33,454 bases of DNA. Origin: a virus. Its lineage: Duplodnaviria; Caudoviricetes. The position numbers and the translations under genes are program-made. The notes below the pieces were generated by a model. That model had not been told where the DNA came from, searched no databases, and worked only from the letters and a program-made list of their open reading frames with translations. The stretch's first letter is position 1; every line of letters begins with the position of its first letter. The DNA is taken from IMG/VR virus record IMGVR_UViG_3300036793_000125, positions 1 through 33,454 of that record, one strand, 5' to 3'. Of the stretch, positions 1 through 9,315 are shown in pieces.

Positions 1-20
1 AGATCGGCCAAATGGACCGA
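1..20 (+). repeat. Terminal 20 bp direct repeat, left copy (circular assembly overlap)
   Basis: agatcggccaaatggaccga at 1-20 equals 33435-33454. Confidence 0.95.
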
Positions 21-81
21 CCCTGAATGTTTTTTTCTCTCCGCCCGTTGTGGGGGGCGGCCATCCGGGGCGAGGTGGGGC

Positions 82-285
82 ATGGGTCGTTTGCTTCTGG
101 CCACAGCCGCCGGCGCGGTCGCGGCCACCGTGTGGGCTGAGCGCCGGCCGTGGGGTTTGGCGTACTACCGGCGCGCGTATCACCGGCTGGCGCTGTCGAC
201 GGGCCAGGCGAAGGCGTGCAGCTGGGCCAAAAAGGCGCAGGGACATCGCGCTGATATTCGCCCGGAAAAATCCCCCCGCCCCTAG
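82..285 (+). CDS. Hypothetical small protein with hydrophobic N-terminus
   Basis: ATG preceded by GAGGTG; fills gap before terS; MGRLLLATAAGAVAATVW. Confidence 0.45.
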   Translation: MGRLLLATAAGAVAATVWAERRPWGLAYYRRAYHRLALSTGQAKACSWAKKAQGHRADIRPEKSPRP

Positions 286-313
286 GACCGGCATCTTGTG
301 AGGTGGGCTGGCG

Positions 314-982
314 ATGGCTCGACGGCTTCCTCCGCGCGGTACACGGGCAGTTGAGCGGGCCACGTTCGACGCGCTGATTGAGCTCGACGCCGTCCACAAG
401 CCCAAGGGCCAGATCGCCCTTTCGTTGGCGCGCTCCTTGGACGGTGGCGCGGGCATGGCGGCCGCCGCTATTGCGCGCGAATTGCGCATCACGTTGAACG
501 AGTTGGCGACCGGTGGGGTGCAGGGTGACAGCAGTCCTTTCCAGCGGTTCCTCGACGCTCTTGGCGGCGCGGAATCCACCGCCGCGGTTTTCGACACCGC
601 GGCGGTTGGATCGCCCGACGCTGGGCGGCCCAGCGGCGAAGATCGCGGAGGCGCTGGGGAAGCCGCTGATGCCGTGGCAGCGCCACGTACTCGACGTCGC
701 GCTCGAGGTGGATCCGAAGACGGACCGGCTCGTGTACCGCGAGGTGCGGCTGACGGTGCCAAGGCAGCAGGGAAAGACGCAGCTGATCCTGACGGTCGCC
801 GTGCACCGCGCGATCGCGTTCGGGGTACGGCAGAACATCGTGTACACGGCGCAGACCCGCAAGGACGCCCGAAAAAAGTGGGAGGACGAGCACGTCGCGG
901 AGCTGACCAAGAAGGACAGCGTCTTCAAGGACATGCTCCGCGTAAGAAAGTCCAACGGCGACGAGGCGATCAAGTGGAATAA
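314..982 (+). CDS. Terminase small subunit (C-terminal tail overlaps terL)
   Basis: GAGGTG SD; position before terL; helical N-terminal ~85 aa 'ALSLARSLDGGAG..AAIARELRITLNEL' typical of actinophage TerS. Confidence 0.75.
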   Translation: MARRLPPRGTRAVERATFDALIELDAVHKPKGQIALSLARSLDGGAGMAAAAIARELRITLNELATGGVQGDSSPFQRFLDALGGAESTAAVFDTAAVGSPDAGRPSGEDRGGAGEAADAVAAPRTRRRARGGSEDGPARVPRGAADGAKAAGKDAADPDGRRAPRDRVRGTAEHRVHGADPQGRPKKVGGRARRGADQEGQRLQGHAPRKKVQRRRGDQVE

Positions 983-2144
983 CGGCTCGATCCACAGCAT
1001 CGACGCCGTAACCGAGCAGTCCGGTCACGGCCCCACGATCGATCTTGGCTTCATCGACGAGGCTTTCGCCCAGGTCGACAACCGCACCGAGCAGGCAATG
1101 AAGCCGGCCATGATGACGCGCGAGCAGCCGCAGCTCTGGATCGTGTCCACGGCGGGCACCTCGCGGTCGGTGTATCTGAAGGACAAGGTCGACGACGGCC
1201 GTGAGCGGGCGCTGGCGGGCCTGACCGAAGGCGGCATCTGCTACATCGAGTGGTCGGCCGATGAGGAGGCCGATCCGCTCGACGAAGAGACCTGGTGGTC
1301 GTGCATGCCGGCCGTCGGCTACACGGTCCCGCGTGAGGCGATCCGTTCGGACTTCGAGTCGATGAGGGTCAAGCGTCTCGGTGAGTTTCTCCGGGCCTAC
1401 CTGAACCGGTGGGTGAACACGCCCACCGATCCCTCGCCGATCGACCCGGATGTGTGGGCTACTCGCGCGGCCGACCAGGACCTGGTGCAGCTCGAGGATC
1501 CGGTGACGTTCGGTTTCGACATCAATCCTGAGCGGACGTCGGCGGCGATCAGCGTCTACGGCGGCACGGTGCGCCCGGTGCACGAGGACGGTCGGCCGGA
1601 TCGGGTCGGTTACGGCGAGATCGTCGAGGAGCGCGAGGGCACCGAGTGGCTGCTTGACCGGCTGCTCGAGCTGGTCGACGACTGGGCACCCGCGGCGGTC
1701 GCCGTCGACGCGAGCGGCCCCGCCGGCTCGCTCATCCCGGCGCTGGTCGCCGCCGGCGTGCCGTTGAAGCTGCTGACGGCGCGCGAGATGGCTCAGGCCG
1801 CCGGCGGACTGTACGACGACGTGCAGAACGACCTGTTCACCCACGGCGGCCAGGAGCCATTGGACGCCGCGATCGCGGGCGCATCGAAATTGGCCCAGGG
1901 CGACGGTGCGTGGAAGTTCGGCCGGAAGGGCTCGGCGGTGAACATCAGCTCACTGGTCGCGTTGGCCGCCGCGCGCCAAGCCGCCCAGGTAACCGAAGAC
2001 GAAGGCTCCGATGAGGACGTGTCGGTGTGGGACACCTCCGACGAGTCCCTCGAGCTGTGCGACGCGTGCGGCGACAAGCCACACGAGGATCCCGACGGTG
2101 AATTCGACTACCTGTGCAAGGACTGCCGCGAAGGGGGCGACTGA
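525..2144 (+). CDS. Terminase large subunit
   Basis: Adenine-binding LMPWQ, Walker A VPRQQGKT, Walker B FIDEAF, coupling motif STAG, RNase H-like nuclease FGFDI; GTG start at 525 chosen. Confidence 0.95.
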   Translation: MTAVLSSGSSTLLAARNPPPRFSTPRRLDRPTLGGPAAKIAEALGKPLMPWQRHVLDVALEVDPKTDRLVYREVRLTVPRQQGKTQLILTVAVHRAIAFGVRQNIVYTAQTRKDARKKWEDEHVAELTKKDSVFKDMLRVRKSNGDEAIKWNNGSIHSIDAVTEQSGHGPTIDLGFIDEAFAQVDNRTEQAMKPAMMTREQPQLWIVSTAGTSRSVYLKDKVDDGRERALAGLTEGGICYIEWSADEEADPLDEETWWSCMPAVGYTVPREAIRSDFESMRVKRLGEFLRAYLNRWVNTPTDPSPIDPDVWATRAADQDLVQLEDPVTFGFDINPERTSAAISVYGGTVRPVHEDGRPDRVGYGEIVEEREGTEWLLDRLLELVDDWAPAAVAVDASGPAGSLIPALVAAGVPLKLLTAREMAQAAGGLYDDVQNDLFTHGGQEPLDAAIAGASKLAQGDGAWKFGRKGSAVNISSLVALAAARQAAQVTEDEGSDEDVSVWDTSDESLELCDACGDKPHEDPDGEFDYLCKDCREGGD

Positions 2145-2314
2145 TGAGCCTGAGTGACGTCCTGTTCGTCGCGGGCCTGATCCTGCTGGTCACCGCCGCG
2201 TTCGTCATCGCGACCGCGCTCGGTTTGATCCTGCTGGCCTTCGTGCTGATCGTCTTCGGTCTGGCGCTCGGCGACGCTGACAAGCGCAGCGCCGGCCGAG
2301 AGGACGAGATGTGA
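2144..2314 (+). CDS. Small membrane protein between terL and portal
   Basis: TGATG coupling; long hydrophobic stretch (two likely TM helices). Confidence 0.8.
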   Translation: MSLSDVLFVAGLILLVTAAFVIATALGLILLAFVLIVFGLALGDADKRSAGREDEM

Positions 2315-3558
2315 TCCTCGATCGCGCGATCCGTAACGCCCGGGCGATGATGCGCTCGTCGGAGTGGGGCGACTCGTCGATTCCGCCGAACTCGCGTGCC
2401 AACGATGCGAGCGTGCTCGGCGGCGGCTCGTCAGGTGAAGCGGGTGCGTTGAGCATCGGCGCGGTGCTGGCGTGCATCAAGGCCTTGCACGACGACACCA
2501 AGGTGATGCCGTTCAAGTCCTACGTCGGCGAGAAGTACGGCGCGCACCGCCCCGCCGATGTGCAGCCTCTGATCGTGACCGAGCCCTTCGGCCCGGACAC
2601 GCCGGTCAACGTCGGCATGGCGCAGCTGGTCGTCAGTGTCGCGATGCGCGGCAACGCCTACGCCTTCGGCACGCACATCGATCCGAAGACGGGTCTGATC
2701 GATCAGACGACGATCCTGCATCCCGACTCGGTCCGAACCAGCCGCGATGCCAAGGGCAAGTTCCACATGATCGGCGGCAACCGGTACGGCCCCGCGGACG
2801 TGGTGCACATAACGGGGCTGATGTTGCCCGGCGCGGTGGCGGGCGTGGATGTTCTGACGTATCAGCGCCTGACCCACGACCTGGCATGGAAGGTCAACGC
2901 CTACGCCGACGGCTTCTTCGGCGGCGGCGGCTCGCCCTCCGGTGTCATTGCGATGCCCGGCCCGGGAGATCGCAAGAAGATCCGCCAGGTCAAGGACAGC
3001 TGGCAGGCCGGCCACGCCGGTGTCGCCAAGGCGCACCAGCCGGCCGTGCTGTTCGGCGGCGCGACCTGGACGGCGATGAGCATTGCGCCGGAGAACGCGC
3101 AGTTCCTGCAGACCAGGCGCTATCTGCGTGAGGAGATCTGCGGCTTGTACGGCGTGCCGCTGCAGCGGATCCAGGCGATCACCGAGAACGCTGCGCAGGG
3201 CGGCGGCAAGGGCCTGGACGCGATCGACGCCGGCTATGTGCGGCATGGTCTGATGCCGGCGACGACCGGCATCGAGGTCGAGTGGAATCGGCTCATCCCG
3301 GGTGGTCAGCATTCGTGGACGAACTTCGACTATGACGAGTTCCTGCGTGCCAGCGCCGAGGTCCGCGCCACCGTCCAGTCGTCCCGCCGTACCGCGGGTA
3401 CCCGAACCATCGACGAGCTCCGGGCCGAGGACGGTCTCGAGGCATACCCCGACGGGTTGGGCGCCAATCCGTTCACGCCGCTCAACTCCAACGCCTCCCC
3501 CGCCGGCGGCGCAGACAACGCACCGGCGCCAGGCAGCGACCCAGGAGGTACCCAGTGA
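2311..3558 (+). CDS. HK97-family portal protein
   Basis: Motifs RGNAY, VVHI, PSGVI, AQFLQTR..EICGLYGVP, TIDELRAEDGL; synteny. Confidence 0.95.
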   Translation: MILDRAIRNARAMMRSSEWGDSSIPPNSRANDASVLGGGSSGEAGALSIGAVLACIKALHDDTKVMPFKSYVGEKYGAHRPADVQPLIVTEPFGPDTPVNVGMAQLVVSVAMRGNAYAFGTHIDPKTGLIDQTTILHPDSVRTSRDAKGKFHMIGGNRYGPADVVHITGLMLPGAVAGVDVLTYQRLTHDLAWKVNAYADGFFGGGGSPSGVIAMPGPGDRKKIRQVKDSWQAGHAGVAKAHQPAVLFGGATWTAMSIAPENAQFLQTRRYLREEICGLYGVPLQRIQAITENAAQGGGKGLDAIDAGYVRHGLMPATTGIEVEWNRLIPGGQHSWTNFDYDEFLRASAEVRATVQSSRRTAGTRTIDELRAEDGLEAYPDGLGANPFTPLNSNASPAGGADNAPAPGSDPGGTQ

Positions 3559-4499
3559 CGAAGCTGAAGATCCGCGACGGCGGTCTGCGCGAGCTCGAGC
3601 AGCGCGTCCTCGACGGCGAGATCAAAGCGATGCGCGCCCTCGTGCGGCAGGCATCCGGGCCGAACACCCTCGACCTGCCCTTCCGCGACGTGCAGCTCCG
3701 CGCCGCACCGGATGGCACCGGCGGCACGCGGCTGCTGTTCACCGGCTACGCCTCGGTCGTCGAGGCGCCCTACAACATGTGCGACTGGTACGGCGACTAC
3801 ACCGAGATCGTCCGTAGCGGTGCGTTCACCAAGACCCTCGCCGAGGACCCGGACACGATCTTCTGCCTGAACCACGGCTGGGACGGCGCCCCGATGGCCC
3901 GCACCAAGCCAGGCACGTTGCGTCTGACCGTCGACAGTACCGGCCTGCTCACCGAGGCCGACCTCGACGGCCAGCGCTCCGACGTGTACCACGTGCAGTC
4001 GGCGATGGAGGCTGGCGAGCTCGACGCGATGAGCTTCGCCTTCTACGTCACCCGCCAGATGTGGTCGCCCGACTTCGACCAGCGCGACATTCAGGAGGTC
4101 GACCTCGACGGCGGCGACGTGTCGGTCGTGACCTGGCCGGCCAACCCCGCGACCGAGGGCACGACCGCGCTGCGTAAGCGCGCCGCGCAGGCGCTGGCGC
4201 GATCGCGGGTGCCGGGTCTGATCGTGCAGCGCGCCCGGGCGGAGAAGCGCGCCGGCGCAACACTGTCGGCCTCGACGATGGAAACCCTGCAGCAGGTCCT
4301 CGACCTGGTCGCCGATGCCGACGTCGCCGTCGACTCCGCGCAGGCCATCCTCTCCGAACTGATGGGCGTTCCGAACCCTGACGACGAGGAGGAGATCGCC
4401 GGCTCGGAGACCGACGACTCCGGTACCCAAAGCAACTCTGGCCCGCACCCCGCGGACGTCAGAGCCCGGCTCGCGCTGATCAGCGCAGCCACCAAGTAA
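3555..4499 (+). CDS. HK97-type prohead (capsid maturation) protease
   Basis: FTGYASV, EIVRSGAF, LNH, MSFAF, DVSVVTWPA motifs. Confidence 0.93.
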   Translation: MTKLKIRDGGLRELEQRVLDGEIKAMRALVRQASGPNTLDLPFRDVQLRAAPDGTGGTRLLFTGYASVVEAPYNMCDWYGDYTEIVRSGAFTKTLAEDPDTIFCLNHGWDGAPMARTKPGTLRLTVDSTGLLTEADLDGQRSDVYHVQSAMEAGELDAMSFAFYVTRQMWSPDFDQRDIQEVDLDGGDVSVVTWPANPATEGTTALRKRAAQALARSRVPGLIVQRARAEKRAGATLSASTMETLQQVLDLVADADVAVDSAQAILSELMGVPNPDDEEEIAGSETDDSGTQSNSGPHPADVRARLALISAATK

Positions 4500-4615
4500 C
4501 ACCCCACCGCAGCACGCCGGCCACCCACGCCGGACCCGGATCCTCGGGCACCACCTGGGCGGAACACCTGCCGCGCAATCCCGCAAGTGACTCCGAACCA
4601 GGAAGGGGCATTCCC

Positions 4616-6175
4616 ATGTCTCCTCAGTGCAATCAGCCCGGCGGCCCGTTGGGCTACCGCAAGGACGGCCGGCCGATCTACCGGATCGCCGGCGGCGCGC
4701 CGACCGCGCTCGACACCGTCCGCGACACCCGCGACGCGTTGTCCACCGAGATCGAGCAGCTGCTCGCAGCTGCCGTTCCCGAGGACCGCGCGGCCGCGGA
4801 AGTGGCCAACCAGGCGATCATGGACAAGATCGCGCAGCGCACCACGCTCGAGGAGCGTCTGCGCGTCGGCGAGGCCGAGGACGTTCGGCGCAAGGCCGAG
4901 GCCGATGTCCAGCAGAAGCTGGGCACCAAGGTCGACAAGAGCGGCCAGCCCCGCGCCTACATCACCAGCGAGCCGCGCACCTACGGTCCCGGCACCCGAT
5001 CCAGCTACTTCCTGGACCTGGCCCGTGACCACATGCAGCGCGGTGACGGTGACGGCGGCCTCGACTCCGCCCGCGACAGGCTTCGCCGCCACCAGCAGGA
5101 GCTCGATGTCGAGCTGCCCGCACGCGAGGCTCGCCGCGACGAATGGGCCGAGGATCAGTCCGAGCACGAGATGCGCCGGGCGGGCGTCAACCGGCGGTCC
5201 CGCGAGTCGATGTTTGAGAAGCGGGTCAACCCGAACCGCACCGACGGCCAGGGCGGTTTCTTCGTGCCGCCGCTGTGGCTGATCGACGAGTTCATCGACC
5301 TGCCCCGCTTCGGCCGGACCACGGCGAACCTGTGCAAGACGATGGGTCTGCCCACCGGGACGGACTCGATCAACCTGCCCAAGGTCCTGACCGGGACCGC
5401 GGCCGCGGTGCAGGCCGCGGACGCCGGCGGCGTGCAGTCCACCGACCTGACTGACACCTCGGTGTCGGCACCGGTGCGCACCATCGCCGGCCAGCAGGAC
5501 ATCGCGATCCAGCTGCTCGATCAGTCGCCGATCTCCTTCGACGAGGTTGTCCTCGCCGACCTGCTCGCCGACTACAACATGAAGCTGGACCTGCAGATCA
5601 TCAACGGTTCGGGTGCTGCCGGCCAGGTCACCGGCATCCTGAACACGGCCGGCATCAACGCGGTGACCTACACCGACGCGACGCCGACGTTGCCCGAGCT
5701 GTGGGTGCCGTTGCTGCAGGCGGCTTCGCAGGTCGCGAAGAACCGCAAGCAGCCCGCGACCGGAGTCGTTCTGACCCCGTCGCTGTGGTACTGGGCTCTG
5801 TCGCAGTTGGACACCACGACCCGGCCGCTGATCGTGCCCAACAGCAACGCCTTCAACAGCATGGGTGACGGCGGGCTGCTCGAGTCCGACGGCCCGGCTG
5901 GTGTTCTGACCTACGGTCTGCCCTCGTTCCTGGACGGCAACATCCCGTCCAACCTCGGGGCGGGCACCAACGAGACGCGCAGCATCACCGCGCGGTGGCA
6001 GGACCTGTACCTGTGGGAGGGCAGCATGCGCACCCGGGTGCTGTCCGAGGTTCTCTCGGGGACGTTGCAGGTCCGCCTGCAGGTCTACAACTACGTCGCG
6101 TTCATGCCGAACCGGCGTCCGGAGGCCATCTCGGTGATTTCCGGGACCGGCATGATCCCGGCGGCCGGCTTCTAG
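4616..6175 (+). CDS. Major capsid protein (HK97 fold, N-terminal delta/scaffold region)
   Basis: Coiled-coil N-terminus, 'DGQGGFFVPP', 'IINGSG..GQVTGILN'; synteny. Confidence 0.93.
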   Translation: MSPQCNQPGGPLGYRKDGRPIYRIAGGAPTALDTVRDTRDALSTEIEQLLAAAVPEDRAAAEVANQAIMDKIAQRTTLEERLRVGEAEDVRRKAEADVQQKLGTKVDKSGQPRAYITSEPRTYGPGTRSSYFLDLARDHMQRGDGDGGLDSARDRLRRHQQELDVELPAREARRDEWAEDQSEHEMRRAGVNRRSRESMFEKRVNPNRTDGQGGFFVPPLWLIDEFIDLPRFGRTTANLCKTMGLPTGTDSINLPKVLTGTAAAVQAADAGGVQSTDLTDTSVSAPVRTIAGQQDIAIQLLDQSPISFDEVVLADLLADYNMKLDLQIINGSGAAGQVTGILNTAGINAVTYTDATPTLPELWVPLLQAASQVAKNRKQPATGVVLTPSLWYWALSQLDTTTRPLIVPNSNAFNSMGDGGLLESDGPAGVLTYGLPSFLDGNIPSNLGAGTNETRSITARWQDLYLWEGSMRTRVLSEVLSGTLQVRLQVYNYVAFMPNRRPEAISVISGTGMIPAAGF

Positions 6176-6193
6176 GCCCCAACCGGACCGACT

Positions 6194-6231
6194 GGCGGCG
6201 CGCGTCCTGCTGCGATGCGGCGCGCGCCGCC
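6194..6231 (+). terminator. GC-rich hairpin after capsid gene (terminator or mRNA-stabilising stem)
   Basis: Perfect 11 bp inverted repeat ggcggcgcgcg/cgcgcgccgcc; no U-tract. Confidence 0.55.
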
Positions 6232-6268
6232 TGCACCGAAATCCCCAACCAGGAAAGAGGAAACACCC

Positions 6269-6535
6269 ATGACCGAACTCAAGGGCGAGGCCCGCGCGGC
6301 GCACGTGCAGGCCTTGCAGAACGAGCTCGAGATGCTCCAGCACCGGCCGGTCAGCGACGCGCAGAAGCGCCGGCTCGGTGAGGTCAAGGACCAGCTCGAC
6401 GAGTTCTCCGACAACCCGAAGCGCCGCCGGCGCGAGACCGCCGTCCGCGTCGGCCGCGGACGGCCGACGCCGGGCGAGCTCGCCGCCGAGCAGGGCGATG
6501 ACGCCGGCGATGACGCCGGCGACAAGCAGGACTGA
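6269..6535 (+). CDS. Hypothetical protein (post-capsid)
   Basis: SD AGAGGA before ATG 6269; GC3-rich codons. Confidence 0.8.
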   Translation: MTELKGEARAAHVQALQNELEMLQHRPVSDAQKRRLGEVKDQLDEFSDNPKRRRRETAVRVGRGRPTPGELAAEQGDDAGDDAGDKQD

Positions 6536-6556
6536 TCGAACCGGAGGTCTGAGGCG

Positions 6557-7429
6557 ATGGCTTTTGACGTCGGCGACCCGATCCCGCTCGTCTTCAACAC
6601 GACGGACGCGACCGGGGCGCCGGCCAACGTCGGGGCCGCGGTTCTGACCATCACGCTGCCCGACGGCACCCTTGTGGTGCCGCCGGTCGGCAACATCGGT
6701 GTCGGCATCTACCAGCCGGTCACGCCCTACCTGTCGACGCAGGGCGGCCGGCACAAGGTCACCTGGGTCGCGACCGGCGTCAACGCCCAGGACTACACCG
6801 ACACCTTCTACGTGCTGGCCGCCGACCCGGGCTTGCTCATCAGCGTGGATGAGGCCCGCAAGGCGCTGGGAAAGCTTCCGGGCGCTGACACCGCGCACGA
6901 CGAGGACCTGCGCTCGCTCATCGCCAGCGCGCTCGCACCGATGGAGGACCTGGCCGGCTCGATCGTGCAGCGCCCTTACGACGAGTGGCACGACGGCGGT
7001 TCCACGCTGGTGTGCCTGTTGCACGGGCCGGCGTTCTCGGTCACCTCGGTGACCGAGTGCTATGGCGCCGGGTACAGCCGGCCCTTGACGCAGCAGGTCC
7101 TCGACGGCGGTGCCTTCGACGCGTTCGGCTACACCGTCGACCTCGACGACGCGATCCTGATCCGCCGCATCGCCGGCCAGGCCGCTAACTTCGTCGGCGG
7201 CCACCGCAACATCCACGTCGTGTACACCGCGGGCCGCACTGTGATCGGCCCGAACATCATCCGGGCGACCCGGCGCCTGGTGCGCTGGCTGTGGCAGACC
7301 GAGATCCAGGGCAGCCGGCCGCCCAACCAGGGCCCGGACTCGGCGATCACGACACCGTCGGGGTATCAGATCCCGAAGGCGATCCTGCAGCTGCTCGGCC
7401 CGGACCTGCGGCCGCCGGCGGTGGGCTGA
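6557..7429 (+). CDS. Head-to-tail adaptor with N-terminal beta-rich (Ig-like) domain
   Basis: C-terminal part 'LISVDEARKAL..DEDLRSLIASA..VVYTAG' is gp6/gp15-like; first ~90 aa beta-rich. Confidence 0.75.
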   Translation: MAFDVGDPIPLVFNTTDATGAPANVGAAVLTITLPDGTLVVPPVGNIGVGIYQPVTPYLSTQGGRHKVTWVATGVNAQDYTDTFYVLAADPGLLISVDEARKALGKLPGADTAHDEDLRSLIASALAPMEDLAGSIVQRPYDEWHDGGSTLVCLLHGPAFSVTSVTECYGAGYSRPLTQQVLDGGAFDAFGYTVDLDDAILIRRIAGQAANFVGGHRNIHVVYTAGRTVIGPNIIRATRRLVRWLWQTEIQGSRPPNQGPDSAITTPSGYQIPKAILQLLGPDLRPPAVG

Positions 7430-7902
7430 TGGCGCAGTCGGTCTCCGGTACCTGGGACGCGATGCTGGCGTCGTTCAAGACCCTGTTCGCGGGCCAGGAC
7501 AGCACGCTCGTCACGCCCGGCGATCCGGGCGAGTTTCAGCCGGACCTGCTCGTCTGCATGATGGGTGTCCGCGGCCCGATCACTCAACCCACTGCGGGCA
7601 CGAACCGCAGCCGGGACAAGCGGATCCAGGTCACGGTCGTCGTCTCCGCCTATCGCGCCGGCGGCGAGGAAGCGCAGCAGGCCGCCAACGACGCCGCGTG
7701 GGCCGGGGCGGACACGATCGAGGCGTACTTCCGTACCAGCCCGAACGAGCGCCTCGGCGGCGCCTGTTACAACGCGTTCGTCGAGGTCACCGACATGACG
7801 CCGTCGATCTCCTGGGAACGCGTCGACGGTATGGACACCCCGGTCGCCGCCGGCCGGATCTGCGACATCGCCATGACCGTCTCCGTCTGGATCCGCATCT
7901 AA
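7429..7902 (+). CDS. Putative tail terminator / tail completion protein
   Basis: TGATG coupling; size and position; 'ERLGGAC' motif. Confidence 0.6.
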   Translation: MAQSVSGTWDAMLASFKTLFAGQDSTLVTPGDPGEFQPDLLVCMMGVRGPITQPTAGTNRSRDKRIQVTVVVSAYRAGGEEAQQAANDAAWAGADTIEAYFRTSPNERLGGACYNAFVEVTDMTPSISWERVDGMDTPVAAGRICDIAMTVSVWIRI

Positions 7903-7969
7903 CCCACCGTCCCCTCTCTGGCCGTGCACCGCCTGGTGCTGCGGCTGTCAGTCATGCCCGGAGGTAGTC

Positions 7970-8311
7970 GTGCCAGTCCTACGAAACATCAGCCCGCTGG
8001 GTGAGCTGGACCTGCCGCTCATCTACCGCCAGGGCGACCCGATCGGCGAAGAGGGCGCCGGCTGCCTCGAGCCCGGCGAGAGGTTCGACGTGTCCACCGA
8101 GCACGCCCGGATCCTGCTCGAGCAGCCGGCTAACTACGAGCCCGTCGACGCGGCCGCCAAGAAGATTCACGCCGCGCTGTTCCCCGAGCCGGTCAACGCC
8201 GGCAAGGATCCCAAACCCGCTCGCAAAACGGGAACCCGCCGCCGTGCACCGGCGAAGAAAGCGGCTCCGCCGGCGGCCGCAACCACCGACAGTGACGGGG
8301 GCGAGCAGTAA
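7970..8311 (+). CDS. Hypothetical protein with basic C-terminal tail
   Basis: GGAGGT SD before GTG; coupled to major tail gene. Confidence 0.75.
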   Translation: MPVLRNISPLGELDLPLIYRQGDPIGEEGAGCLEPGERFDVSTEHARILLEQPANYEPVDAAAKKIHAALFPEPVNAGKDPKPARKTGTRRRAPAKKAAPPAAATTDSDGGEQ

Positions 8312-9315
8312 TGGTCAGCACGCAGGATTGCTCGATAGGCACCATCGATGAGGTCACCTACAAGACCGCGCCCGGCGCGGTCAACCGGTGGGTCGAGTAC
8401 CTCGACGAGTCGATGGACTGGAACAAGAACACCAAGCAGGGCAAGGGACTGCGGGTCGGCGGCCGCGTCGCACGCTCCGCCCGGCGCGTGGTGCCCACCG
8501 CAGACGGCGGCGGCGCCGTCAACCTCGAGCTGACCAGCAAGGGCATGGGCTTGTGGTGGCAGCGCTGCCTCGGCTCCGGTGTCTCCACGCTGGTGTCCGG
8601 CTCGACCTTCCAGCAGGTGTTCACCCTCGCCGACACGCTGCCCTCGTTCGTGCTGCAGAAAGGCCTGCCCGAGCTCGGCGGGACCGTCGACCCGTACACG
8701 TTCCTGGGCTGCACCATCGACACGTTCGAGCTGGACTTCACCAACGCCGACATCGCGCAGCTGAAGATGACCATCGACGCCGGCGACCTGACCACCGCCA
8801 CGGCCTACGCGGCACCGTCATACGCGACCGCGCCGAACCTGTACCAGTTCGCCAACGCGCAGCTGTTCACCGGCACCCTCACCGCCCCCACGACAACCGC
8901 CCTGGGCAGCGCGCTCACCGCGGTGGCGGACGTGCGCGGTGGCACGCTGATCGTGAACCACAACACCACGCAGGACCGCTACAACATCGGCGGCGGCGGC
9001 CGCAAGGCCAAGCCGACCGTCGGCCTGCGCGACATCACCGGCAAGCTCGACGTCGAGTACGACTCGACCACGTTCCGCGACGCGGTGCTCAACGAGACGC
9101 CGATGAACCTGCTGCTCAACTACACCGCCGGCGCACTGTCGACCGGGCTGGAGACGCTGCAGGTGATCGTGCCCGAGATCAAGTTCGACACCGAGCTGCC
9201 CAAGACCAACGGCACCGACCTGATCATCCAGTCGATGGCCTACACCGGCCTGGACAACCTGACGGCAGCACAGCCGATCTGGATCGTGCAGCGCACCTCT
9301 GACGCGGCGCTGTGA
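8311..9315 (+). CDS. Major tail (tail tube) protein
   Basis: Beta/Thr-rich 334 aa; 'DEVTYKT', 'GLRDITGKLDVEY'; synteny. Confidence 0.85.
   Translation: MVSTQDCSIGTIDEVTYKTAPGAVNRWVEYLDESMDWNKNTKQGKGLRVGGRVARSARRVVPTADGGGAVNLELTSKGMGLWWQRCLGSGVSTLVSGSTFQQVFTLADTLPSFVLQKGLPELGGTVDPYTFLGCTIDTFELDFTNADIAQLKMTIDAGDLTTATAYAAPSYATAPNLYQFANAQLFTGTLTAPTTTALGSALTAVADVRGGTLIVNHNTTQDRYNIGGGGRKAKPTVGLRDITGKLDVEYDSTTFRDAVLNETPMNLLLNYTAGALSTGLETLQVIVPEIKFDTELPKTNGTDLIIQSMAYTGLDNLTAAQPIWIVQRTSDAAL

Noticed and set aside
1-20. Biological direct terminal repeat or attL/attR pair
   Set aside because: Far from the integrase and with no flanking host DNA; best explained as circular assembly overlap
4091-7216. 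1041 aa minus-strand ORF and other long antisense ORFs (489-1844, 3330-4586, 25462-26598)
   Set aside because: Shadow frames of GC3-biased genes on the opposite strand; no motifs
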